Part shown: piece by piece, positions 1-8,637 of the stretch
How positions within the stretch are numbered: the stretch's first letter is position 1
Layout of the letters: each line of letters begins with the position of its first letter
Assembly (NCBI GenBank): GCA_045106895.1
Contig: JBGCFM010000046.1
Span: 1-64,000 of the forward strand
Length of the DNA: 64,000 nt
Direction: 5' to 3'
Source of the DNA: Polyangiales bacterium
GTDB taxonomy: Bacteria > Myxococcota_A > Polyangia > Polyangiales > Houyiibacteriaceae
The notes under the pieces: model-generated
What the model was told of the DNA's origin: nothing
Seen by the model: the letters and a program-made list of their open reading frames with translations, nothing else
Database searches by the model: none
Program-made: the position numbers and the translations under genes

Positions 1-176
1 GGAGGAATGCTGGGGCGCCCCGAATCTGCGTACATAGGCTCGAGCTGCTCATCAATGGACGCTAGAGCCTCGTCCGCTATCTGCTTGATTCTCCGAAGTG
101 GATGGCCGTCCGGAACAACATCCTCCGGGTTGATCAAACACGTCATTGAAACTTGGTTGTCGACGCGTCCACGCAT
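1..176 (-). CDS. IS5-family (DUF772 N-terminal) transposase, 5' part; runs off the window start
   Basis: Not in the ORF track. Manual translation from ATG at 176 gives MRGRVDNQVSMTCLINPEDVVPDGHPLRRIKQIADEALASIDEQLEPMYADSGRPSIPP, matching the typical 'MRG...E..VP.DHPLR.I......Y...GRPSIPP' N-terminus of these transposases. Confidence 0.88.
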   Translation of the reverse strand, partial: MRGRVDNQVSMTCLINPEDVVPDGHPLRRIKQIADEALASIDEQLEPMYADSGRPSIP

Positions 177-231
177 GACTACGTGAGATCATATTCGGAG
201 GACTCAGTCGAGCCTCTTTTTCACAGGCCTG
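1..231 (-). mobile_element. IS5-like insertion sequence, left end
   Basis: Minus strand reads CTAG|CAGGCCTGTGAAAAAGAGG, an IS-end-like sequence next to a CTAG tetramer (232-235), about 55 nt upstream of the transposase ATG. The other end is outside the window. Confidence 0.72.
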
Positions 232-1635
232 CTAGCTCTCGGCGTCTTCTTTGGTGTCTTCTTCGCTCTCGACGACGGGCGCTTTGGGAGCCGTGTAGAG
301 ACGCTCGTAGAGACGCGCGCTGCGGTCCCAGGTGGCGTCGACACGCATGACGCGGCTGCGCAAGCCAGCGAAGGCTTCGTTCTCGGCGAAGGCTGCGATT
401 CCGCGGCGTGCGCCGGCGAGGACGCCTTCCGCGCTTGCATCGTCGAAGAGGATTCCGTTGCCCGTGGTGAGCTTGGCGTCGCAGTCCACGATGGCTTCGG
501 CGAAGGCGCCGTGTCGACGCGCGACGGGCACGCTGCCGTAGCGCTGGGCGATGAGCGCTCGCTCGGCGGTGGGGGCGCTGGGCGAAGGCAATAGAGCGAG
601 GTCTGCGCCGGCGATGGCGCTGTGGAGCAGCTTGGTGCTCACGTCGCTGCGGAACTGGAGGCGGTCGGGCCAGCGGGTCTGGAGCTCGGTGAATACGGCG
701 GAGAAGGCTTCGCTGACCGCGCCTTCCACGACGACGAGGAGCTGCACGTCGTTGCGGAGAATCTCGGATGCGCACTTCGCCAGAAGGTCGAGGCCGTCGC
801 GCGAGCCTTCCTGGCCGAGGGCGACGAGGAGAGGGACTTCGGCGCGCTCAGGGAAGTCGAGTTCGACCTGGAGATGGGCTTTGCATTCCACCTTTCCGTC
901 GACGTCGATGGGGTCGAAGCGCGCTGGAATGTGTGGATCCGTGAGGGGGTTCCAAGTGGCGCTGTCGACACCGGAACGGATGGTCTGGGCGTCGCCCTCG
1001 TAGCCCAAGGGTTTCAGGTCCGTGGAGTCGCTGGCCACGTTGACGGCGTCGGCGGCCGCGAGGCCGAGAAGGAGCGGGTTCGTCTCGCCCGTGGTTCCAA
1101 GACCGAGGGTCTCTGCGTGCTTGGCGCCGAAGACTCGATTGTCCGTGGTGTCATGGACGGTGAGCACGCGCCGGAACGGCAAACCTGCGTTCTTCGCCGC
1201 AGCGAGAACGGCGGCACCGAGCCAGCCGTGGGCGTGGATGGCGTCGAGCTCCTGTTCGTTCTTTTCAAGGAGGACCACAGCAGAGCGCACAAAGGCGCCG
1301 ACGCGCTTTGCGATGGTCGCCTCGTCGCCAGCGTCGATGGCGTCGGCGGCGTGAAAGAGCTCCTCGTGACCGATGAAGATCAGCTCGGCGCCTCCGACCG
1401 TACGGCCCGTCCAAAGCTCACAGGCCCAGTCTGCGCCGGCGAAGTTGTGTTTCAGCTTTGTGAGGCGTCGCGCGAGGCTGTGCTCTTTGGGATCGATGCT
1501 CTTGTAGAGCGGGGAGAGCACGAAGGGCTGGTGGTCGAGGGACTTGAGCGCCTTGGGGAGTGCGCCGGCGACTTGGGCACGAGCGCTCCGGCCGGAGAGG
1601 GGAGCGATGGCGTCGGTGATCAATAAGATATTCAT
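232..1635 (-). CDS. glgA: Glycogen/starch synthase (GT5)-like protein with degenerate catalytic motifs
   Basis: MNILL...AGALPKAL, SPLY, HAHGW, GVD...WNP.TD, K..CK..LQ, AGADL.L.PS, RYG..PV, W..SA..Y..LY all follow the GlgA layout, but KTGGL, RL..QKG and EPCGL are altered. Confidence 0.75.
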   Translation of the reverse strand: MNILLITDAIAPLSGRSARAQVAGALPKALKSLDHQPFVLSPLYKSIDPKEHSLARRLTKLKHNFAGADWACELWTGRTVGGAELIFIGHEELFHAADAIDAGDEATIAKRVGAFVRSAVVLLEKNEQELDAIHAHGWLGAAVLAAAKNAGLPFRRVLTVHDTTDNRVFGAKHAETLGLGTTGETNPLLLGLAAADAVNVASDSTDLKPLGYEGDAQTIRSGVDSATWNPLTDPHIPARFDPIDVDGKVECKAHLQVELDFPERAEVPLLVALGQEGSRDGLDLLAKCASEILRNDVQLLVVVEGAVSEAFSAVFTELQTRWPDRLQFRSDVSTKLLHSAIAGADLALLPSPSAPTAERALIAQRYGSVPVARRHGAFAEAIVDCDAKLTTGNGILFDDASAEGVLAGARRGIAAFAENEAFAGLRSRVMRVDATWDRSARLYERLYTAPKAPVVESEEDTKEDAES

Positions 1636-1839
1636 GAGTTGGCGCGACCATAGCTGGCCTCGGCGGTAGAGACCACTCGCCGTTTTTTGAAGGGCTTTTC
1701 GCGTGCGATCTCGCGCAATGAGACGTTTTTTGCGTAAATCGAGGCAATTGGGCCGTCGAGATGTGCTTCCGGGCGAATGGCCTTCGTTTGCGGGCGGCTT
1801 CCTGCGGTGTTTCGCGCTCGCTCACGCTATTGTCCCGAC

Positions 1840-4407
1840 ATGTACTCTTGGCGCTTCGGGCTTGCTTGGTTGGTGTGGATCCCTGTCCTGGTTTTTGGGT
1901 GCAGCCCCTCCGGAGGAATGATGACGGAGCCTGACGCAGGCGTTTTGCCGGATGTCAGCGTGGATACGGGAACGCCCGCGGTGTGCGGCAACCTAGTGGC
2001 GGAGCTGGGGGAAGTCTGTGACGACGGAAACACCGCAGGCGGGGACGGCTGCGCGCCGGACTGCGCTTCCGTCGAAGACGGTTGGTCGTGCCCCGCCGCC
2101 GGTGCGTGCACACGCGGCGAAGAGTGCGGCGACGGGCGTCTCGGCTCGAGCGAAGGTTGTGACGATAACAACGCGCTGAGCAACGACGGATGTTCGAGCG
2201 AATGCCAAGTCGAAGAGGGGTGGTTCTGCCCGACGGCGGGAGAGCGTTGTGGAGCGCTCGGCTGTGGCGATGGAACGCAGGCGGGCGACGAGGCGTGCGA
2301 CGACGGCAACACAAACGATGGTGACGGCTGCTCACGCATGTGTGAGGTGGACGCCGGTTGGGTGTGTCCACGTGCGAACGAAGCCTGCATTGCTCAGGCC
2401 TGCGGAGACGCCATCGTGGCGGGCGCCGAGGCGTGCGACGACGGGAACACCGTCGACGGCGACGGCTGCGCAGGTGGGTGTGGCGCCATCGAGCCGAACT
2501 TCGCGTGTCCCATGGCGGGAAGCCCGTGCGTCTCGACGGTCCGCTGCGGTGATGGTGTGGTCAGCCCCGGCGAGGCCTGCGACGACCGAAACACCGACGC
2601 TGGCGACGGCTGCTCCGCGACCTGTTCCGTGGAACTTGGCTGGACGTGCCCTCTGCCCGGCGCGGCGTGCTTGAGCATATGCGGTGACGGCGTCTTGTCC
2701 GGCCTTGAAGTATGCGACGACGGCGATACGGCCGGCGGTGACGGCTGCAGTGCCGAATGCACGCTCGAGGACGGCTACGTATGCCCAGCTCCTGGCGCCG
2801 AGTGCGAGACCACAACCTGCGGGGACGGGACGCGCGAAGGCACAGAGCAGTGCGATGATGGAAACCTCCGGCCCTTCGACGGTTGCACCGAAGACTGCAC
2901 AAACGAACCGATGTGCAGTGGTGGGGTATGCACAGCGGTCTGCGGCGACGGAGTGATCCTACCCGGCGCGACGGCGGAAGAGTGCGACGACGGCAACGTC
3001 CGTGACGGAGACGGCTGCTCGTCGACCTGCATGGAAGAGCCGGGCTGGACTTGCACGATCGCGCCGGAGCCTCCTCCGAGCACTCTCTCGCTGCCGCTTA
3101 TCCTCCGCGACTTCAAGGGCATCGAGTGGTACGCGCCGGGCGCGCCGCAGTTTGGCCACGTGGACTTTGACGCCTGCAACACACGCGTCGGTGAGCGAGG
3201 CGGCGGAATCACCTTTGGGCTCGTCGAGTCTAGCCTGAGCGGAGGTCGCCCTGTGCTCGCCATCACGCCGCCGCAAGACTGCGATGGGTATCCCGAGAGC
3301 AACACGACCTTCAACCGCTGGTTCGATTCGTCGAGTCCTTACAACGTGGAGGAGAACGAGACCTTGGTGATGGCCGGCGCCGGCGGAACTTATTCCTACG
3401 ACTCGCGTACCGGCTGGCCCGGAAACAGCACCGCCGGGTTCTATCCTCTGGATGGCGCGGGCTGGGAGGGGCTCGGCACCGAAGCGCCTCGTGAGTCCTT
3501 CAATGGTCTCGGCAACGATGGCGGCTTCCACAACTTCAACTTCACAACGGAGACTCATTTCTGGTTCCAGTACGACGGCACCGAGGTGCTGCGTTTCTCC
3601 GGCGACGACGACCTTTGGGTCTTCGTTGATGGACAGCTCTGTCTGGATGTTGGCGGTCTCCACGGCCGCGAAGAGGCGGTCATGAATCTAAATGATCCTT
3701 CGGCGGAGCCAGACCTCGCTCAGCGGGCCGTTGTGCAGTCATGCCAAGCTCACCTCAACGGACTCATCAGCGCGGCCAACCCGGAGCCGCTCGTTGAGAT
3801 GGTGATCTTTCACGCGGAACGCCACACCAACGGCTCAAACTTCGAGCTCGAGCTGACCGGTTTTCTCAAACAGCGCTCCACCTGCGAGGAGCGCTGCGGC
3901 GACGGCATTCGAACGCCCGGCGAATTCTGCGATGACGGAGTCAACGACGGTGGGTACGGAGAGTGTCTCGACTGCCGCCGAATCGGCGGGTTCTGCGGCG
4001 ACGGCGAACTCAACGGACCGGAAGAATGCGACCTCGGCACCGCGCGTAACAACGCCAGCTACGGCGGCTGTAACCCGGACTGCACCCTGGGCCCACTCTG
4101 CGGTGACGGCGTCGTGCAGCCTGGTGAAGAGGTCTGCGACGATGGCGTGAACGCGGGCGGCTACGGTGGGTGTGAGCCCGGCTGCCAAATGCGCGGTCCT
4201 TTCTGCGGCAACGGCACCGTGGAAGGTCCCGAGCTTTGTGATGATGGCCTTCGGAACAACGACGGCCGCTACGACGGGTGCAACCCGGACTGCACGCCTG
4301 CCGGGCGCTGCGGAGACAGCATCATTCAGGCCGACGAAGATTGCGATGACGGGAACCTCGAAAGCGGTGATGGGTGCAGCGCGGAGTGCGTCATCGAGCT
4401 CGTCTGA
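1840..4407 (+). CDS. Lipoprotein with Myxococcus Cys-rich (DUF4215) repeats and a fibro-slime (PA14-like) domain
   Basis: Signal peptide and lipobox (VFGC) from ATG 1840; many CGDG...E.CDDGN...GDGC repeats; fibro-slime motif NFTTE.H.WFQY.G.E...FSGDDDLWVF.DG.L..D.GG.H. Confidence 0.9.
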   Translation: MYSWRFGLAWLVWIPVLVFGCSPSGGMMTEPDAGVLPDVSVDTGTPAVCGNLVAELGEVCDDGNTAGGDGCAPDCASVEDGWSCPAAGACTRGEECGDGRLGSSEGCDDNNALSNDGCSSECQVEEGWFCPTAGERCGALGCGDGTQAGDEACDDGNTNDGDGCSRMCEVDAGWVCPRANEACIAQACGDAIVAGAEACDDGNTVDGDGCAGGCGAIEPNFACPMAGSPCVSTVRCGDGVVSPGEACDDRNTDAGDGCSATCSVELGWTCPLPGAACLSICGDGVLSGLEVCDDGDTAGGDGCSAECTLEDGYVCPAPGAECETTTCGDGTREGTEQCDDGNLRPFDGCTEDCTNEPMCSGGVCTAVCGDGVILPGATAEECDDGNVRDGDGCSSTCMEEPGWTCTIAPEPPPSTLSLPLILRDFKGIEWYAPGAPQFGHVDFDACNTRVGERGGGITFGLVESSLSGGRPVLAITPPQDCDGYPESNTTFNRWFDSSSPYNVEENETLVMAGAGGTYSYDSRTGWPGNSTAGFYPLDGAGWEGLGTEAPRESFNGLGNDGGFHNFNFTTETHFWFQYDGTEVLRFSGDDDLWVFVDGQLCLDVGGLHGREEAVMNLNDPSAEPDLAQRAVVQSCQAHLNGLISAANPEPLVEMVIFHAERHTNGSNFELELTGFLKQRSTCEERCGDGIRTPGEFCDDGVNDGGYGECLDCRRIGGFCGDGELNGPEECDLGTARNNASYGGCNPDCTLGPLCGDGVVQPGEEVCDDGVNAGGYGGCEPGCQMRGPFCGNGTVEGPELCDDGLRNNDGRYDGCNPDCTPAGRCGDSIIQADEDCDDGNLESGDGCSAECVIELV

Positions 4408-4467
4408 GCGCGCCGTCGTTGATAGCGGCCTCGACAAGGCCGCTGCACTGGTCCTAAACCTACGGGT

Positions 4468-5373
4468 ATGACGGCTGGCGACAAACTCGACGTAGTGCTC
4501 ACAGGAGGCCGCGGTCTCATCGGAGGCGCGCTCAGTGGCCTCTTGGAAGCGGAGGGCCACCGGGTGCGTCATGTGACGCGAAACCCGCGTGAAGACGGCG
4601 ATATCGGCTGGGACCCGCGTGCCGGTGAGCTGAACGCTGGCGACCTGGAAGGAGCCGACGCCGTGGTGCACCTCGCCGGGGAGAGCGTGGCCCAGCGCTG
4701 GAACGACGGCGCCAAAGAGCGAATTCTCCGCTCACGTGTCGATGGGACGACGCTCCTCGCGGAGGCTTTGGCGAGCCTGAAGCGGAAGCCCAAGGTTCTC
4801 TTGAGCGCCTCGGCGGTTGGCTATTATGGCGACGGTGGGGACGGAGTTCTCGATGAGGCCTCGCCCCGAGGTGAAGGCTTTCTCGCCGAGGTCTGCGAGG
4901 CCTGGGAGGCGTCGGCGGAGCCAGCCCGCGCTGCTGGTATCCGGGTGGTCTATCCCCGATTTGGCATCGTACTTTCGGCCGACGGCGGCGCCCTCTCGAA
5001 GATGTTGACGCCCTTCAAGATGGGCGTGGGAGGTCGAATCGGCTCCGGCGAACAGTACATGAGCTGGGTTCACATCGATGATGTGGCACGGAGTCTGGCC
5101 GCCGCGATCCATGGCGATCACGAGGGACCTCTAAACCTCGTTTCGCCAAACCCTGTGACGAACGCTGAGTTTACGAAGGCGCTCGGTCAGGCGCTTCGGC
5201 GACCGACTTTCATGCCGCTGCCGCGCTTCGCGGCGAAGCTCGCCATGGGGCCGGAGATGGCCGACGAGATGCTCCTTGTGAGTCAGCGCGTTCAGCCGAC
5301 GGGGCTGGAGAAGAGCGGATTTGAGTTCTCCTTCAACGACGTAGGCGCGGCGCTCCAGGATCTCGTTTCGTAG
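4468..5373 (+). CDS. TIGR01777/YfcH-family NAD-dependent epimerase-like oxidoreductase
   Basis: TGG.GLIG, HLAGESVAQRW, SASAVGYYG, FLA.VC..WE, GG.IGSG.Q.MSWVH.DD, PNPVTN.EF, SQRV.P. Confidence 0.92.
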   Translation: MTAGDKLDVVLTGGRGLIGGALSGLLEAEGHRVRHVTRNPREDGDIGWDPRAGELNAGDLEGADAVVHLAGESVAQRWNDGAKERILRSRVDGTTLLAEALASLKRKPKVLLSASAVGYYGDGGDGVLDEASPRGEGFLAEVCEAWEASAEPARAAGIRVVYPRFGIVLSADGGALSKMLTPFKMGVGGRIGSGEQYMSWVHIDDVARSLAAAIHGDHEGPLNLVSPNPVTNAEFTKALGQALRRPTFMPLPRFAAKLAMGPEMADEMLLVSQRVQPTGLEKSGFEFSFNDVGAALQDLVS

Positions 5374-5500
5374 CGCTCGTTCACCTTCGGCTGGTCGCTG
5401 CCCTGGCGCCGATGCTGTCGGGCAAACGTACGATGAAGATCGGCAACGAGGGTCGTTGTCGCTGAGCTCATTCCTTTGCTCCGACGTTGGAGTTGGAGGC

Positions 5501-6253
5501 TTAGAAAGCGACGCTTGTGGCGCTCTCAAGGGTCTCGCGCATCTGCTCCGGCGTCGCGATGGGCAGCTCGTCGAGCTCCTCGCGGGACGTGACGCGCGCG
5601 CAGTGGGCAATACGCAAGGAGGCGGCGATGGATTCGGTGGACGCGATGTAGAGGGTCTGACTGATGCCGGCGGGGTGGATGAGAAGGATGTCCTGAATCG
5701 TCACGGCGCTTCCTTGCCAGGTGAAGCGTCGCATGGGGATTCCGCCGGCCCCAGTGGCGGGGCAGTTCCAAATGCCGGTGGGCGCGCCGTAACGAGCGAT
5801 CATGGCTTCGAGGTGCGGACCCACACCTTGGGGCGGGATGCTCGACATGATCTGAATGCGCATGAGCACGTCGAGCTCTCCGTCGACGGCGTAGACCACC
5901 TGCGAGCGACCGCTGAGCATCTCCTCGTACATGTCCATCACTTCGCCCGACGCGTCCTGTTTGGGGACGATGGAGCTACGCGCCTCGCGAAGTTCTGCGA
6001 GTGGAATACCGAGACGAACGCCCGTGAGGAGCTCCGGCATGAGCGCTTCGGACGCATCGCGAAGGGGCTCCATCTGCTCTTCGACACGTTGGCGAAGGCG
6101 CTCGGCGCGTTCGGCGCGCGTTTGGGCTTGGGCCTGGCGACGCTGCTCGTTGCGCTCCGTGGTTCGAGCGCTCGACCACTCCAGGAAGACGTAGCCTCCG
6201 ATGCCGACGATGGCGATGGCCAGAAAAGCCGCGAGCGGCGTACTCATGCGCAT
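5501..6253 (-). CDS. Hypothetical membrane-anchored protein (N-terminal TM, coiled coil)
   Basis: 250-aa ORF with hydrophobic N-terminus and a Q/R/E-rich helix; fills the gap between neighbouring genes. Confidence 0.65.
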   Translation of the reverse strand: MRMSTPLAAFLAIAIVGIGGYVFLEWSSARTTERNEQRRQAQAQTRAERAERLRQRVEEQMEPLRDASEALMPELLTGVRLGIPLAELREARSSIVPKQDASGEVMDMYEEMLSGRSQVVYAVDGELDVLMRIQIMSSIPPQGVGPHLEAMIARYGAPTGIWNCPATGAGGIPMRRFTWQGSAVTIQDILLIHPAGISQTLYIASTESIAASLRIAHCARVTSREELDELPIATPEQMRETLESATSVAF

Positions 6254-6322
6254 GGCGCGAAGCCTAGGGCAGAAGTGGGCGAAGGGCTATTCGCGTCGCG
6301 GCGCTTCCTATACTGTTCGCCG

Positions 6323-7153
6323 ATGACCGTTTCTCGAGTGCTCTTCCTCAGTTTCGTTTGTTCCTTCGTTTGGGCTTGTGATGACGAGCCGGCGGCGCCG
6401 GAGAATGTGCCGAATGGGCCCATGGCCGAGACGGAGACCCACGAGGAGCCGCCGGATGAGCCAGCGCAGCCCGAAGTGGAGTCCGAGCCGGACCCAAGCG
6501 AGGCCTGCGCGCGTGCCCTCGTCGTGGCTTGGCAAGGAGCGGCCCACGCTGCCGACACCGTGACACGCACAAAGGAAGAGGCGCAGACACGTGCGGAGGC
6601 GCTCCTCGCGCGAGTCCGTGGCGGTGAGTCGATGATCGAGCTGGCGCGCGCAGAAAGCGACGCTGGGTCGAGCGGGCCCCGCGGAGGGATGCTTGGCACG
6701 TACGAGCGAGCGGATTGGCCGGCGGTGCATGAGGTCCTCGCCCCGGCGCTCTTCGCCACGCAGGTGGGCCACACGACAGACGTGATCGAAGCGGAGTACG
6801 GCTACGCTTTCGCGTACCGATGCCCCGTGGAGAAGGTGCACACGCGCCATATCTTGGTTCGCTACGCCGGTGCTCGAAGCGCCGGGGACGACATCGAACG
6901 TTCGCAAGACGAGGCACGCGCGGCGGCGGTGGCGTTGCGCGGTTTGGCGGCGGCGGAAGGGGCCGACTTTGAAGCCCTCGCACGCGAGCACAGCGAAGAC
7001 GCGAGCGCCGAGCGCGGCGGCGACATCGGCTCCGTGGGCCGAGGCCGAATGGCGGCTGCGTACGAGGAAGCCGCGTTTGCGCTCAGCGTCGGCGCCGTAA
7101 GCGAAGTCGTGGAGACGGAGTTTGGCTTCCACCTGATCCAGAGGGTCGAATAA
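6323..7153 (+). CDS. Parvulin-type peptidyl-prolyl isomerase lipoprotein (two rotamase domains)
   Basis: Start MTVSRVLFL...WAC (lipobox). Second domain has RHILVRYAGA, FEALAREHSED, GGDIG, ETEFGFHLIQR. First domain lacks both His residues. Confidence 0.88.
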   Translation: MTVSRVLFLSFVCSFVWACDDEPAAPENVPNGPMAETETHEEPPDEPAQPEVESEPDPSEACARALVVAWQGAAHAADTVTRTKEEAQTRAEALLARVRGGESMIELARAESDAGSSGPRGGMLGTYERADWPAVHEVLAPALFATQVGHTTDVIEAEYGYAFAYRCPVEKVHTRHILVRYAGARSAGDDIERSQDEARAAAVALRGLAAAEGADFEALAREHSEDASAERGGDIGSVGRGRMAAAYEEAAFALSVGAVSEVVETEFGFHLIQRVE

Positions 7154-8088
7154 TGTCGCTTCTCACCTGGGCCGCGGGCCCCATTTCCGTACGCACGGGC
7201 TCAAGCGGTTTCGGCATCGCGTCGACGGCGGAAGAGGTCACGCGGGGCGTGGATATGAGCGGCAAGGTCGTGCTCATCACGGGAGTCAACTCGGGGCTCG
7301 GGGCCGAGACGGCACGGGTCATGGCGATGCGTGGTGCCCGCATCGTGGGTCTCGCTCGCACACAAGAGAAGGCCGACGCCGCCGTGTCCGCCTACGACAA
7401 CGCCATTGGCGTGGCGTGCGAGCTCTCCGAGCCTTCTTCGGTGCGCCAGGCGGTGAAGGACGTGATCGCGACGGACGTGTTTATCGATGCGCTTATCACC
7501 AACGCCGGGATCATGGCGTTGCCCGAGCGAACGGTGCGGCACGGACAAGAGATGCAGTTCCTTACGAACCATGTGGGTCACTTCATACTGGTCACGGGGC
7601 TCCTTGAGCGCCTCGCGCCAAAGGGCAGGGTGGTGGCGCTGTCGAGCCTGGGACATCGAATGGTGCCCAAGGGTGGGATTCACTTCGAAGACCTTTCGTT
7701 TGAGCGCGGATACGACCCGGGACGAGCGTATGGCCAGTCGAAGCTTGCGAACCTCTTGTTCGCGCGCGCTCTCTCGAAGCGTCTACCTGCGGGACAGACG
7801 GCCAACTCGGTGCACCCCGGCGTCATCGCGACGAACCTGACCCGGCACATGGCACCAATCCTGAAAGTGACGACTTCGCTGATGAGCACCCTGGCGTTGA
7901 AGTCCGTCGAGCAAGGCGCGGCGACGCAGTCGTACGTGGCGGCGAGCCCCGCTGTGACGGGTGTCACGGGGAAGTACTTCTCGCACTGCAACGTGGCGTC
8001 TACGTCGGCGCACGCGAAGGACGACGCGCTCGCAGAGCGACTTTGGACGCGGACTGAGTCGATTGTGGCAGGATTCGGCTTGGACTGA
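7153..8088 (+). CDS. SDR family oxidoreductase (retinol dehydrogenase/WWOX-like)
   Basis: TGVNSGLG, NAGIMA, NHVGHF, YGQSKLAN, HPGVIATNL. Confidence 0.92.
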   Translation: MSLLTWAAGPISVRTGSSGFGIASTAEEVTRGVDMSGKVVLITGVNSGLGAETARVMAMRGARIVGLARTQEKADAAVSAYDNAIGVACELSEPSSVRQAVKDVIATDVFIDALITNAGIMALPERTVRHGQEMQFLTNHVGHFILVTGLLERLAPKGRVVALSSLGHRMVPKGGIHFEDLSFERGYDPGRAYGQSKLANLLFARALSKRLPAGQTANSVHPGVIATNLTRHMAPILKVTTSLMSTLALKSVEQGAATQSYVAASPAVTGVTGKYFSHCNVASTSAHAKDDALAERLWTRTESIVAGFGLD

Positions 8089-8091
8089 ACT

Positions 8092-8592
8092 CTACTCGCT
8101 TGGCGCACCGTACGCCGGCAGGGACACACGTACGGACCCGGGGGTCGTGGCGTAGCGGGTTCCAAACGGGCTCATGCGGCGACGAACGATGTCGCTTCGC
8201 GGGGCTGGCCGCATCGTCCACTGCGCCAAGTGCTCCTCAAGACAGCGCGCGAGTGACGGGTCCAGCCGAGGCGAGGTTGGGGAGAGCTGCGCTCGCGCGA
8301 GATCGGACGACTCAGGCACGAATTCGATGACAAGGCGTTGCGCCTCAAGGTGCGCTTCGGGATCACAGCAGCGAAGAGACTGCGCCGCCGTCCAGGTGGA
8401 ACGTTGAAACTCGCGACCACCCATCGGCGCAATAAAGAGCGAGATGGGCACCTCATCGCTGCTCGCTTCGCAGCGTGGCTCCGCGCCTGACGCGGCCAGG
8501 GGAATCTGCGCAGGCGGACGGTGAAGCGGCGGGTGCTGGGCGCAGCTGAACGCGCACCCGATGAGACAACAATGGGCGAGGAATCGCGGCAT
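8092..8592 (-). CDS. Hypothetical lipoprotein
   Basis: Signal-like N-terminus ending AFSC; C-terminal 'LARCLEEHLAQW' helix. Confidence 0.5.
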   Translation of the reverse strand: MPRFLAHCCLIGCAFSCAQHPPLHRPPAQIPLAASGAEPRCEASSDEVPISLFIAPMGGREFQRSTWTAAQSLRCCDPEAHLEAQRLVIEFVPESSDLARAQLSPTSPRLDPSLARCLEEHLAQWTMRPAPRSDIVRRRMSPFGTRYATTPGSVRVSLPAYGAPSE

Positions 8593-8637
8593 GTGGCTCC
8601 GACAGCAAAGGCTCGCCCAAGTTCCGCGCAGCGAAGA

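Noticed and set aside
1980..4400. Regularly spaced repeats (tgcgacgacggcaac...) as a possible CRISPR array
   Set aside because: They are degenerate codon-level repeats of the CDDGN protein motif inside an ORF; there are no identical repeats with unique spacers and no cas genes.
5456..6322. 565-aa ORF 5456-7153 as one protein
   Set aside because: The first ~290 codons are the antisense shadow of gene 5501-6253; the PPIase begins at ATG 6323 with a signal peptide.
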